DNA of 64,000 bases, from positions 1-64,000 of the forward strand of contig NGBS01000331.1 of NCBI GenBank assembly GCA_002245135.1, given 5' to 3'. Below are positions 24,330-36,040 of the stretch, piece by piece; position 1 is the first letter of the stretch; each line of letters begins with the position of its first letter. Both the position numbers and the translations under genes were made by a program. The notes beneath the pieces are model-generated. The model did not search any database and was not told the origin of the DNA. It worked only from the letters and a program-made list of their open reading frames with translations. Origin of the DNA: Proteromonas lacertae. Its lineage: Eukaryota.

Positions 24330-25407
24330 ATGTTATTTTCAAATATATACTATGTTAATAAAAACAAAACCCTCTTTATCATTTTAATTATTTCCATTTT
24401 TTTATTTCTTAATAATGCTTATAATACTCAAAGAATAATTTATATATATACTAAGCCAAATTCTGGAGGTTTGGGAAACAAATTACTAGGAATTAGCTCA
24501 TCATTAATTCTAGCATTTATTAGTAGCAGACGCCTTGTCCGTATAATAGTGTAATATATTGATAGTATATGAGACATATTCATTATTAAATATAGTAAAC
24601 TTCAATGAGATAATAATTGTTAATAAAAATTATTTGAAAGTCGAAAATTGCCGAATTTATAAATTTTCAGGTTATTCTTATAATAAATCATTTCAAAATA
24701 TAATTAATGAAATAATCGCTTTTAAAATAAGAAATATTGAAGTTATAACTCACTATGACTTAGTTCCGCAGTTATTATATGCCGATCAGATATATAATAA
24801 ATTATTAAAATTGAAATTATTGAAGCAAAATATACATCAACACAATGATCAGATCATATATATAAATTCAATAATTTTCAATAAGTATATCAGATTAAAA
24901 CTATTTTCAACAACTCTTACTAAAAGAAATACATTTTATATAGGAGCTCATATAAGATTAGGTGATAATTGTATGATTAAGCAAAATAAATGTAAAATTG
25001 ATACTAATAGTTATCAAAGAATATTAAAACTATATACTAATATATGTGGAAATAGAAGCTGCAAGTTAATGTTAAGCAGCGATAATAAATTTTTTATTTA
25101 TAAAATTAAACAATACATCCATGACAGCATAACATATAAAGAAGAATATGAAATATATCATAGCAGTGGAATAAGTAAAAATAAGAACTATTCTAAATCA
25201 TTTTATTTTAAACTGCTTGGTGATATTGATTTGCTTACAAGAAGTGATTTTTTAATTTTATCTCCGAGAAGTACATTCTCATTATTAATTTTATATAATT
25301 TAAATAAAAAGAAAAGAAAAAGTAAATATTATATGTTTCATGATGGAACTTACGCAATTTATGATCCTTTATGTTATGAAATTATAAAAAGATTAAATAA
25401 AAAATAA
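24330..25407 (+). CDS. Fucosyltransferase-like GT-B enzyme (GT11/23/37-type), 2 exons
   Basis: A 25-nt intron at 24541-24565 joins the two ORFs in frame; GGLGNKL, GAHIRLGD, LSSDN, STFS motifs; TM. Confidence 0.82.
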
Positions 25408-25938
25408 TTATTATGAATTGTGTTTAAGATTACAATTAATTTTTGCATGAGTAATTTTTAAAGTGGAATTGACTTTTATAATTGTATATCCACAGAGAAC
25501 CATTACTACTAATGGAGTTGCACTCAAAATACATAATTATACAATGTCTTTAACAAAGAGACTATGTATTTAAAATGTTATCGTTCAGCATTATTTGGAA
25601 TGCTATACAATGAAGGTAACTTTAGAATAATTGTAGGTATGTTTATGCAAAATATAAGACTAATATAAAGTAAAATATTAATGATAACAAACTTTAATAT
25701 TATTGAAAATAATTGCTCGCTTGAGATAATGCCTTTGTGTTCTTTATGTTGCTATAAATTATTTTTTTAATATTATTTTCATCTGTAAATTGCAACTATA
25801 CTGGGAAATATAACAACTATTGATCTACTAATATTCCTTATGTCTTTCTAATCTATATAAATTATTATTATTATTAATTGAATGATTTTAGATAGAGAAT
25901 AATTCAAATTGACTATGAATATTCTATTTAAATAGAAG

Positions 25939-27111
25939 ATGTATAGAATTAAGAAGTATAAATGTGTATATATCTATTCAATTTATGTTGTTATTAGTTA
26001 TATTATAATTGTTTCATGCTTTACATTTAATGTTCATTTTATATCATTAAAAGAAAAATTCATACCATTTAACAGAATGATAATTAACAATTTTTACCTC
26101 AGCAGTTCATATTATGATGCAAGATTTAGAGTAATAAGAATTTTAATATCTTATAATCCATATAATGAATATAAATTTGAGGTAAAACATAATATTAATA
26201 ATGGACTGAATTATTCAATAATTACGTATGATAAATGTATTCCATCAGAAAATAAATTTAGATTAAAATATGGCAATATTGTAATTAAAAGTGAGAATAT
26301 TTATGATAGATTATACATTTTTTACGACAATAGAAATTATACTGTATTTATTAATAATGTAGATAAATATTCTAAGATTTATTCATTAACTTGGTGTTTA
26401 ACATCTCTTAGAAATCATTATGATGCTATAACACAGTTTAATCAAACAATAAGTTTATCAATAAAATTTAAAGTAGATAGAATAATACTATACTACTCTG
26501 ATGTTAGTAATAGAGTTATGAATTTAATCAAGAAATATGAAGAAAAAGGATTATTAATATCATACTCTTTCAAAGAGAATTCTGAATCATGTGATATGAA
26601 AGTCTGTGGAAAACTTCTTCAACTAAATGATTGCTTCTATAAGTCTTTATATAATACCAAATATATATTAAATGTTGATATTGATGAAATTATTATTCCA
26701 AAGATTCATAGTAATTATTTATCATTATTAAAATATAGCCGAAGTATCAATCCTAATATTAACATGTATATATTCTACACAAAGCTATGCATAAAATCAA
26801 GTGTACTTTACAAAGAAGAAAGAAAATCTCCTGCGCAATATTTAATGTTGCCTACTGTTATGGATTCAAATATATACAACATAAAAAATTGTTGTAAAAT
26901 ATCTGTTGTAAAAACAGCTTGTAGCAAATATATAATTGAACCAACAATGATTGAAGCTTTATGGCTACATGATATATGGAGTGGCAAATATAACTATACA
27001 ATCATACCTATTGAAATTGCATACACAAGACATACTAGGCATTTATCATACGGACTAAGTAAAGTATGTTCTAATTATTCTGCTGACGAAATTAGAGAGT
27101 TATACAGATAA
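25939..27111 (+). CDS. GT92 (DUF23) glycosyltransferase
   Basis: QLNDCFY...KYILNVDIDEIIIP, SKYII, H..H motifs; TM. Confidence 0.85.
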   Translation: MYRIKKYKCVYIYSIYVVISYIIIVSCFTFNVHFISLKEKFIPFNRMIINNFYLSSSYYDARFRVIRILISYNPYNEYKFEVKHNINNGLNYSIITYDKCIPSENKFRLKYGNIVIKSENIYDRLYIFYDNRNYTVFINNVDKYSKIYSLTWCLTSLRNHYDAITQFNQTISLSIKFKVDRIILYYSDVSNRVMNLIKKYEEKGLLISYSFKENSESCDMKVCGKLLQLNDCFYKSLYNTKYILNVDIDEIIIPKIHSNYLSLLKYSRSINPNINMYIFYTKLCIKSSVLYKEERKSPAQYLMLPTVMDSNIYNIKNCCKISVVKTACSKYIIEPTMIEALWLHDIWSGKYNYTIIPIEIAYTRHTRHLSYGLSKVCSNYSADEIRELYR

Positions 27112-27149
27112 TCAATTATATGGCCAACTTACTCTTTGAATATATCAAT

Positions 27150-27900
27150 AGAATTTGTATATTGTAGTGTTCTTTTTACAATCAAGAGTTATAACAACTG
27201 TTAGTTTATAAAACGTATACAATCAATAGCATCACCGTTCAAATCATACTACAATACAGCTTCATTATAGTCAATCTTACTATCCTTAACTAAGCAAGGT
27301 AGTGTAAGTTACGGGCAACGACCATAATACCTCAGTTGTTAGGGTCGATTATTGTCAATCCCTGGATATTCATCTCCACTTCTGCTATGTTGTAAGTGAT
27401 TGTAATCTTAACTTCTCCGTGTATATATCTGCATCCGGCACCGAGAGTCACACAATCATTACGACAAGGTGTTGTTCATCTGAGTAAGTACGGTCTTAAT
27501 CTCCAATTATTCATCTCCTTTGGAAGCAAGAGTTTCTACAGACGTCTTCAGCTCCTATATCCTTTGCATGTTCTGGACATTAATATCAACAGGGTTGAAC
27601 TTATTTAGCTGAGCAGCACTTAGTGCATTGTGCTTGATTTTGTTGACTTTACCTTGTATGATGTTTACCTTTACCTAAACATCGATAACTCTTGTTTGAT
27701 AGTCTCCTACAAATATTGAATCCATCGATCAGCAGCAGCGTTATGGATTTCTTTATCAATAAGTTCTTTATGGTCCTTCTATCAACCTTTGTCTTTATTC
27801 ATCATGGCATCTATATTACTTCTAAGTTCATCTATGTCAGTGTTGCTTGAAATACAGTTTTTTTGCCATTAACTTTTTGAACAGAGTCATACCAACTATG
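27150..27900 (-). pseudogene. Degraded relic of a related viral element
   Basis: 27790-27895 aligns by eye with 31683-31790 (NTDI.ELR.NIDAMMNK); the remainder is a stop-riddled frame. Confidence 0.55.
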
Positions 27901-28976
27901 GTTTCTCTGCTATTAATTTTTTGAAAAATATTTTGATATATCAGTATAGTTTCTAAAATTAGTATTCAATACGAAATAAGGCTTGCTCTTGGATACTTAT
28001 TGGCAGTATGATAATTTAAGGCAGCTTATGCCTAGTAAATATTACTATTATGAATATGAACGTAAGGATTGGTGTAAACATTACCTTAACAAGACTATAG
28101 AAAATCAGCTAGAGTTAGCAAAAGCTATTTACAGCAAAAGTTGCATTGATAAAATAAGTGTTTCTAAAGAGATTATGAAAATATTGAGTATCCTTGATGA
28201 AGTATGTAATTGTATGTGATAGAAATACACTTCAGTCTATTTAATCAATTAATATGTTTTGAAGACTGTGATAAATATGAATGCCTTAACAAATTCCACG
28301 CAAAAGTAAAAAGTAAAAAGTAAAAATTGATTGATTTTGGATTATCAGAGGTGTTGTGAGCCGTTTGTCTATCAGACACTTTTAAAATAAACTAAATGTG
28401 TATTCATACTTATTTTGATGAAAATATATTATTTTAATGCTTACTTTGTCATATAACCTATGTTGGACTATGTGTAAAGTTTTCTTGATGATATGCATCA
28501 ATCTCAGCTAAGAATTCATTCACATCTTCTACTAAAATTTTATGAAATTTCACGATAATTGAAGAAAATTGATAATTTATTGTATTTTCTATTGGAATAT
28601 TGTTTTGTTTAAATTTGAGTTTGGCAAAGAACTTCCTTTTTGTTTCTGCCTCAGCATTTGTCCCTTTATTTGTCCCTTTTGCAAAAATTTGATATTACCT
28701 TTTTGTTATATAAATAAATTATGTAATTTTTTTGTTAATTATAACATTTATAAAAGAATACAGACAATCAATAATAACATTAATAATCTGGAATACCTTC
28801 TTCGCTTTCGTCATCTTCATCACTTTCTACATTTTGTTCTTGCTCTCTCTTATTTCTCTCAACTAATTCATATTTTAATCTCATAATGTTATTAATAGTA
28901 TCTAAGTTTAATCTGTTTCTCCTGTATGAATGTATTACGCTTTCGATGGAGAAACTTCTCTCAATAAAAGAGCTTG

Positions 28977-29222
28977 ATAATAATGAAAGAAAGGGGGAAA
29001 TGAGTACAATTTGAAATCCCTATTATTTTTGTATTTTTTGTATTGATTTCCCCCTATGTGTTTTTTGTCCGTTTCATAATCAAATCATAATTCAAGCTTA
29101 CATTATTTTTCGCTTTTCTGTTTGAATTTAAACAAAAATAATTATTCCATTTGAATCCTCATCTTATGATGAATCTATTTATGTTGTTAGTTCAAATTAT
29201 AGAAAGTGAATGACATATAATT
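28977..29222. repeat. Left terminal inverted repeat
   Basis: Starts ATAATAATGAAAG; reverse complement of 48139-48384 with one mismatch seen. Confidence 0.96.
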
Positions 29223-29257
29223 CGAAATCAATAATCATTAATTCAAATTGAATTTAA

Positions 29258-30012
29258 TTATAATCTTCCATAAGAAAATAAATCGACTTCTTCTATTTGA
29301 TCTTCACCATAAGAAAATAAATTAACTTTTTCTGTTTGATCTTCATCTGTTTCTTCATCATCATCATCCAGATTATCAAACAACGATGCTACAGAGACTT
29401 TACTACTTACCATACTTTTCGAATTCTTGTTTTCTTCTTTTTCGCATTTTGCTAATTCTGCTTCAGATTCAGATATTTCTTCTAGATCATCATCACTATC
29501 ATTACTATAAATAATTCCAATAACATTGTTGTTGTTATCATCCATCTCGTTAGGGTAATCTTGACATTTGTCTCCATCTCCCCACTCTGTTATGTTTTCT
29601 TCAGTTAGTGACTTTAATGAGCAGTATATATAATCCAATTTTCTGTCTATCTATAAAAAAATAATATAATATATATATAAATATACAATTGACTTTGGAT
29701 TTGATGGTAAATAGTTAAAACAATATATAAAATTGGACTTGAAGTCCCTGTAGTACTGTATTCTGTCACGAGAATCGTAGATCCAAAAATGTTTTAAAAT
29801 GGCTGATCATTGTATTCATATTTGGATAGTAGCAGTTTCTTTTCCACCTAAGAATAATATAAATTAGGAATATACTTATATCTGCTTAGTTCTCTTTGTC
29901 TTTTCATGATATCATTCAAATTGTATACTACTATATCAAACTCAGGGTCATCGTGATAGTATTTAATTTTCACTCTGTAGATAATCTCTTGTTTCAAGAT
30001 TATACGTGCCAT
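29258..30012 (-). CDS. Intron-containing viral hypothetical protein with acidic tail (one frameshift)
   Basis: ATG at 30012; GT-AG introns 29875-29848 and 29686-29651; paralogue of 47080-47884; needs one single-base correction in exon 2. Confidence 0.7.
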
Positions 30013-30404
30013 AATTCTATATATAAATTAATTAAAAAAATACATTAAATACAAGTGTATTAATTATGTACTTTTTATAAAGAATGAATTGACTTTAGCT
30101 AACTATAATTTATATATACTTACTAGGGTATATACCCATCTCAATTATATCAATATCTTATTTCAGGCAATAATCTAAATCATCTTTGATTATGAAACAT
30201 ATATGAAATCTAACTATATCAATCGATTGCTCATGATATGCCATATAATAAGAAACACATCAGATTATTCATTATGTCAATGGATCATGAGATATTATTT
30301 TTTTAACAAACCTCAAACATTTGTATTACTAAACAAACAATAACTTTATTGATTAGACCCATAAAAATTTAATAATATATATAATAGCAAAAAATACAAA
30401 GAAT

Positions 30405-30899
30405 ATGCCTGACCATTTAACATATAATATGCTTAGACAACCTAACGGTGAATATGCTTTTTATATTCATAGATATAGAGACAATAGAGCACATAGATGG
30501 GTTATTCAATTTCCAATTAAAACAATGAAAATATTAAAAAGAAATAAAGTAAAGGTGTTTATATGTGGTTCACTCAGAACTAATAGAAATGATCCAGAAG
30601 TACTAGGTGATTATAGACATCATGGTGATCAATTAATGATAAACCTCAAAACCTATGGGTATGACAGAAGAGCTTCAATATTAGTAATGAATAGAAAATT
30701 AAGAAATGGAGAACATGAGTATGCAGATGGCGATTGTATTCCTCAAAAATTTAAAAAATATGTTTTTCATCATATGAGTTATCAATGGAATGGAGGGAAT
30801 TTTTATCACATACATCCAGTTGATAGAAATGTTGCTGATGGAATTAGTAGTAGTAGTAGTAGTGATAGTAGTAGTAGCAGTAGTAGTGACTCTGATTAA
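30405..30899 (+). CDS. Viral hypothetical protein, Ser/Asp tail
   Basis: Clean 164-aa ATG ORF. Confidence 0.75.
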   Translation: MPDHLTYNMLRQPNGEYAFYIHRYRDNRAHRWVIQFPIKTMKILKRNKVKVFICGSLRTNRNDPEVLGDYRHHGDQLMINLKTYGYDRRASILVMNRKLRNGEHEYADGDCIPQKFKKYVFHHMSYQWNGGNFYHIHPVDRNVADGISSSSSSDSSSSSSSDSD

Positions 30900-31007
30900 A
30901 TACTTAAAAATTCTATATATTATTATTATATATGTTTGTTTTTGTTTGATAAACATACTATTAATAGTTACTATATTTTAAATAATATCAATTATAAAAA
31001 TCACAAC

Positions 31008-31379
31008 ATGTCTTATTATGGAGGATGGCCAAAAGGGTTTAAAATTAGTAAAGACTGGAATACATATATTCCTAAATCAGTTAACAGGAGTAAATGGAGA
31101 AAGAGCTATGATTTGTATAGAGACAAAGTAAAGAATGCACTACAAAACAAAACGAAAGTTAAATTACAATATAGACAATTAATGAAAATGTATGAACGAT
31201 TATTAGCTGCTAATCCACCTAAACAAAGAGGAAGACCAAAAGGAAGTAAAGATAGAGCAAAACGTAAACCAAGACGAGCCGGGCCACGAGCCGCGCCAAA
31301 GAATGATCCACATCGTATAGTTGTGCATAATGGCAGGCATTATCAGTATGGTATTCCAGTTCCTAATATGGATAATTAA
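31008..31379 (+). CDS. Basic AT-hook protein
   Basis: PKQRGRPKGSK AT-hook core; very basic; ATG at 31008. Confidence 0.7.
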   Translation: MSYYGGWPKGFKISKDWNTYIPKSVNRSKWRKSYDLYRDKVKNALQNKTKVKLQYRQLMKMYERLLAANPPKQRGRPKGSKDRAKRKPRRAGPRAAPKNDPHRIVVHNGRHYQYGIPVPNMDN

Positions 31380-31486
31380 AGTAATTCTTTATATATTCTG
31401 TTTTTTATGTAATGTTATGTGTGTTTGTTTTTTGGTGTTTGGTACTGCTATATCCGGCGGCCACTTGACAACTTGAATTGTAATAT

Positions 31487-31557
31487 AAGTTACAACTGGC
31501 GCCAGTTGTAACTTGAATTGTGATGTATCCTACAACTGGGCCCAGTTGTAAGATACA
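31487..31557. repeat. Tandem palindromes (TACAACTGG core)
   Basis: Perfect 28-bp palindrome 31487-31514 and 20-bp palindrome 31531-31550 (extends to 31524-31557). Confidence 0.9.
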
Positions 31558-31607
31558 AGTTTAACCAAAAAAACATAATATAATATAATATAAAAAGCGA
31601 AATAAAT

Positions 31608-31844
31608 TTATATAGTCATTTTCCTTTGTTTAGTGATTTCAATAAGAGACTGAATATCCTTAAGTGTCTTATCATGTTCTAACCCTTTATTCATCATGGC
31701 ATCTATATTATTTCTAAGTTCTTCTATGTCTGTATTGTTTGGAATACAATTGTGTGCCTTTAAGTATTTGAAAAGAGCCAAAGCTATCATATACAATACA
31801 AATACGAGAACTGAAAGCAAAACAGTTATTACATCAAAGTCCAT
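31608..31844 (-). CDS. Small membrane protein
   Basis: N-terminal TM plus short coiled coil; degraded homologue at 27790-27895. Confidence 0.7.
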   Translation of the reverse strand: MDFDVITVLLSVLVFVLYMIALALFKYLKAHNCIPNNTDIEELRNNIDAMMNKGLEHDKTLKDIQSLIEITKQRKMTI

Positions 31845-31911
31845 GTGTGTTTATGAGAATCTTATATAAGAAAACAAAATTAATCAAAGTAATGTATTTA
31901 TTATCAATAAA

Positions 31912-32514
31912 CTAACTTACAAGACATTGGTTATTATTAATATATTCATCCTTAATGGATCTTGGTGATATTGGAGATAAGTCATAATCTGTGAGATTGA
32001 CATTGTCATTGTCATTTCCAAGCTTGACTTGTATTTCTTCTATTTCTTTATTACTATTATCATTAGGAGGAGGAGGAGGTAATATATTAGCTTCATGATT
32101 CATCATAATAATACTTTCTAATAATTGATGAGTTTTTTCAAAAGATGGGTTTCTTTTCTCCTTAATCTTGTTAACACACTCAAGGAACATATTAGGTGTA
32201 ATGCGCACAGTCTCATCTACATCAGAAATACCTAATCTTTGAATTAATTTCTCTTTACTCTCATCCCACCAACATCCATTTTTGAATCTATATTCCAAGT
32301 CTAATCTATACTGTTCATCGACGTATTTGAGTATATATCTGATCTCACTATAAGTTAATTCCTTTTTCTCGCCACATATGAGATTCCATAATTTAGATTT
32401 GGTTGGTGCCCTCATTTTGCCATCCTTTCTAAAGCAATTAATAAGTATTTGTTTATCAGAGTTCCAAAAGTTATATGGCACTGTTCTAAATTTGTGCTCC
32501 TGATCGTTATTCAT
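31912..32514 (-). CDS. Viral hypothetical protein
   Basis: 200-aa ORF; central part duplicated at 57322-57581. Confidence 0.75.
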   Translation of the reverse strand: MNNDQEHKFRTVPYNFWNSDKQILINCFRKDGKMRAPTKSKLWNLICGEKKELTYSEIRYILKYVDEQYRLDLEYRFKNGCWWDESKEKLIQRLGISDVDETVRITPNMFLECVNKIKEKRNPSFEKTHQLLESIIMMNHEANILPPPPPNDNSNKEIEEIQVKLGNDNDNVNLTDYDLSPISPRSIKDEYINNNQCLVS

Positions 32515-32599
32515 TTTTAAAAAATAAAAGTGTAATTAATACTAATAATGACAATATTGACATTATTAACGAATTTATTTTCAAAATAGATTTTATCTT

Positions 32600-33556
32600 A
32601 TGTTAGTTTCGAATCATCGTGTATACTACTTAAATTCTGATATGATTGTATTATCTGATTCCATGGGCGGAGGAAACAAGTATAAGAAGACATTAAAATT
32701 GCAATCATTCGATGATTATACTCATGTCAGCTTATTACATGCTGTTATACCCAATTCATTCCCAACTATACAGGAAGAAACAAATGATGAGTTTTCATTA
32801 GTATTCACATTGGGATGGAGACATGATGTTCAAGTAGATACACCAAAGTATCCAAACATCATAAAACACCTCAAAATACCAGAAGGATTCTATGATGAAA
32901 CTCAGATATTAAGTATGATTAATAATTTAGTCAAAAATATGACATATGATGTTTTTGGAATAAAAGATGATGCATATAATACTGAAGGTTCACATGTGTC
33001 TATTATACAAGGAAAAGGAGATTTATTTCGTATAGACAATTTCGATGATAATCAAACATATCATATTGAGGTAGCTAATGATATGAATATAATATACTAT
33101 CAAAAAGACCCAGTATATTGGATAGAAAAATTAGAGATCATCACCAAAGATCTTAGTTACAAAATATTAGGCATACCCAAAAACAATTACTGGTGTTGTT
33201 TTAAAGAATATATTCCATCTGAAGAACCAGAGAATCAACAAGAAATTATGGTTAAGCCATTCCCATTTACTCAATTACCATTTCGTCCTTCTTTGATATG
33301 GGTTAATTCTATATCCATTAGATTAGACATAGTGAATATTATGCAGGATTCAAATGTATTAGAAAATATACCCGTTTCAAATCCTGAGTTACCATTTATT
33401 ACATATCAGAATAATGACATATTGAATACATCAAAGAGATTCAATAATACCTATAACAATGGTATGATCACTATTCAGATTACTCAACAAAATGGCTATG
33501 AACTTAATCTTGATAATATTGAGTTTAATTTAGATATTGTTGTATTTAAAGTCTAA
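32600..33556 (+). CDS. Minor capsid (penton-like, single jelly-roll) protein
   Basis: VSLLHAVIPNSF, IPEGFY, ITIQITQQNGYELNL patterns typical of PLV/virophage mCP; lies immediately upstream of the MCP. Confidence 0.8.
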   Translation: MLVSNHRVYYLNSDMIVLSDSMGGGNKYKKTLKLQSFDDYTHVSLLHAVIPNSFPTIQEETNDEFSLVFTLGWRHDVQVDTPKYPNIIKHLKIPEGFYDETQILSMINNLVKNMTYDVFGIKDDAYNTEGSHVSIIQGKGDLFRIDNFDDNQTYHIEVANDMNIIYYQKDPVYWIEKLEIITKDLSYKILGIPKNNYWCCFKEYIPSEEPENQQEIMVKPFPFTQLPFRPSLIWVNSISIRLDIVNIMQDSNVLENIPVSNPELPFITYQNNDILNTSKRFNNTYNNGMITIQITQQNGYELNLDNIEFNLDIVVFKV

Positions 33557-33587
33557 TTTTTATATTTCTTTATTCTTTTGTTTTCTA

Positions 33588-35075
33588 ATGGCTTTATCTA
33601 TTCCAAAAGAACAGAAATATGGTGTAGATGTCCCTGTGATGCTACCCTTCTATAATTATGTGAGATTGACTCCGATGGGATCAACATCAGAATATACTCT
33701 AAGTGATAACGCGTATACAGAAGAGATTAGATGGGAGATAAGTGGAGATAATATTATCAATTTAGCTAAGTCATATATTCAATTCGATATAGATGTAGAA
33801 ACAGAACCAGTAGCAAAAGGTTCAGAAGTAGGTGCTGTTAGAGCAGATTTAAGTAAGAAACTTATAAATAAAGATAATGATTTATATCCAAGTACAATTG
33901 GAGGAATTAAAGAAGGGTTTGGCTTGGCCTCTTTTAGAATTTGTAACCAGACTGGAACAGATCTGGTCAAGCTTGATGATTCGTATGAACCATATCGTGT
34001 ATTTATGGATGAATTAGTTAGAAAGAGATGCGATATATTCTATCAAGACAATTACTATGATGGAATACAATTAGATTGAAGTAACGATGAACACAGTTAT
34101 CTTATTCAAGATGTTAATAAATGGAAAATGGATAAAGAAATGAACGGTGCATTTACTGATACTGTAGACACTGTAGAGATTTTTGATACTAGTAATAATA
34201 AAGTAACAAATGCTACTGTGTATAAGAGTAAAAAGACATTACATTTCAAATTACAGTTAGGTAAATTTTACAATACATTTGCTGCATTAAAGAGCGATGT
34301 ATTCTTTGGAGAGAGAATGTATATATGCATTCGATTCCAAACTAAAGCAAATTATGGAAATTTGAAATCATATACACCAACGAAATATTGTATTGATGAA
34401 AATGGTTATGAAGATTTAAATAATGTTATAGCATGGGATAGGAATGGTGGTATTAAAAATATGACATTTAAGAATTTTAAATTTTATGCTTATATCAACA
34501 AGGATACTCAATGCAACAATAATACCAAACAATATTGTTTATCAAAACCTATTCAATTCAATGATTTCAGATGTCATCAAATTGTTGTACCATCAGGTGG
34601 ATCTGGCATATTCAATTATTCATTCACATTGAATAGTTCCAATGGACCATTTGTTCGTTACATTATCTATAGGCCATGGATAGAATCATTAAAAAGATAT
34701 GCACATGTACCTGAAAATGCACAATTCAGATGGATGATCAATGATTTTGTATATCAGCCAGATTATACACTTATGCAATATTATGATAGCTTCATGACTG
34801 TCCGTGAATATTTCCAAGACTCATGGTTTGATATATTCAGAAAAGATAAGAAGTTCAATGACAAGTTGTTTGAGATATTGAATTTTGGCTCTAAGGATTT
34901 GGACAATATTAAGAACCAGGCAGGTAGACCTTTAGCTACTGATTTGAAAATAACCTTTGAATTTTCAACACCTGGTAAGAATGACTTTACTAATAATGAT
35001 ATATCTCATCGTTTCTATATCATCACTGGACGCATGGTCACTATTAATGGAAGTGGTATTGTAAGTGTAGTTTAA
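33588..35075 (+). CDS. Major capsid protein (double jelly-roll), one in-frame TGA at 34077
   Basis: IRWEISGDNIINLAKSYIQFDIDV N-terminal MCP pattern; two ORFs in the same frame total ~495 codons; sits between mCP and ATPase. Confidence 0.8.
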
Positions 35076-35142
35076 AAATAATCATAATCATAATATCAAT
35101 AACGGCTATATTTCTTATAATTATGTTTTTGTTATTTTTGTT

Positions 35143-35985
35143 ATGAGTAAAGTTAATTTAGAAAAAATAAACAACATAGTCATAAATCCTGTTGAGACAG
35201 TAGTCAAAGGATGTGGAAAACGCTCCAAAGATAGTGTCCTTGGATATGACTATTTTCAGGAGCCTTTCTGCAACATATTTATTTTAGCTAAGAAAAACAG
35301 TGGTAAGACTACACTTATATTTAATATGATCCAACACTTGTTAAAAAAGGGATATGACCAAGTAGTGTATTTTTTCGTTGCAACTATATCCAAGGATATT
35401 ATATATGAGAAAATCACTGATATGCTCAAGTATAACCAAATTGAGTACCATTGCTATGATTCAGTAGTGAATGAAGATAGAGTGAATATATTGGATGCAG
35501 TATTAGATAATATCAAAGATATAGACAAAGATAATTATGATTACCCAGAGAATATATTTATATTCGATGATATATCATTTGATTTAAGAAATAAATCCGT
35601 TTCTAAATTACTTAAGTCAAACCGTCATTACAAGTCAAAAGTAATTATATCAAGTCAATATGTCACTGATATTACTCCATCAGTTCGTTTACAGCTTGAT
35701 TACTGTTTGGTATTCAAAAACCTGGTAGGTATAAGAATGTATGCATTGATATGGATCGATTTCGATGTTTTCAAATCATATTATGATTATGCAACCAAAC
35801 AGAGTAATCACTCATTTTTATATATCGATTTATATAATCATGAATTTAGAGTGAATTTTGATAGTAGAATAAGAGATAATAGTAATAATAGCTATAATCA
35901 CAATAATAAATATGATCACCTCATTTCCTATAGCAGCGATGATGAGTCCACTGATTCATCAAGTTATCCCAGCGATTCGGAATAA
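35143..35985 (+). CDS. A32/FtsK-HerA-type genome packaging ATPase
   Basis: Walker A AKKNSGKTT, Walker B FIFDD, RHY..IISSQY. Confidence 0.92.
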   Translation: MSKVNLEKINNIVINPVETVVKGCGKRSKDSVLGYDYFQEPFCNIFILAKKNSGKTTLIFNMIQHLLKKGYDQVVYFFVATISKDIIYEKITDMLKYNQIEYHCYDSVVNEDRVNILDAVLDNIKDIDKDNYDYPENIFIFDDISFDLRNKSVSKLLKSNRHYKSKVIISSQYVTDITPSVRLQLDYCLVFKNLVGIRMYALIWIDFDVFKSYYDYATKQSNHSFLYIDLYNHEFRVNFDSRIRDNSNNSYNHNNKYDHLISYSSDDESTDSSSYPSDSE

Positions 35986-36040
35986 TAATAATCCCCATAT
36001 TGTCACTAATATAATTTTTTTGTTTATTTTGCTATATTTT

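Noticed and set aside
27983..28886. Short ORFs between the cluster and the virus (also 52072-53483)
   Set aside because: No ATG starts or motifs; likely decayed repeats.
30930..31430. TGTTTGTT motifs after viral genes, as in Blastocystis polyadenylation signals
   Set aside because: Few instances, not evident after the host glycosyltransferase genes, and expected by chance in AT-rich DNA.
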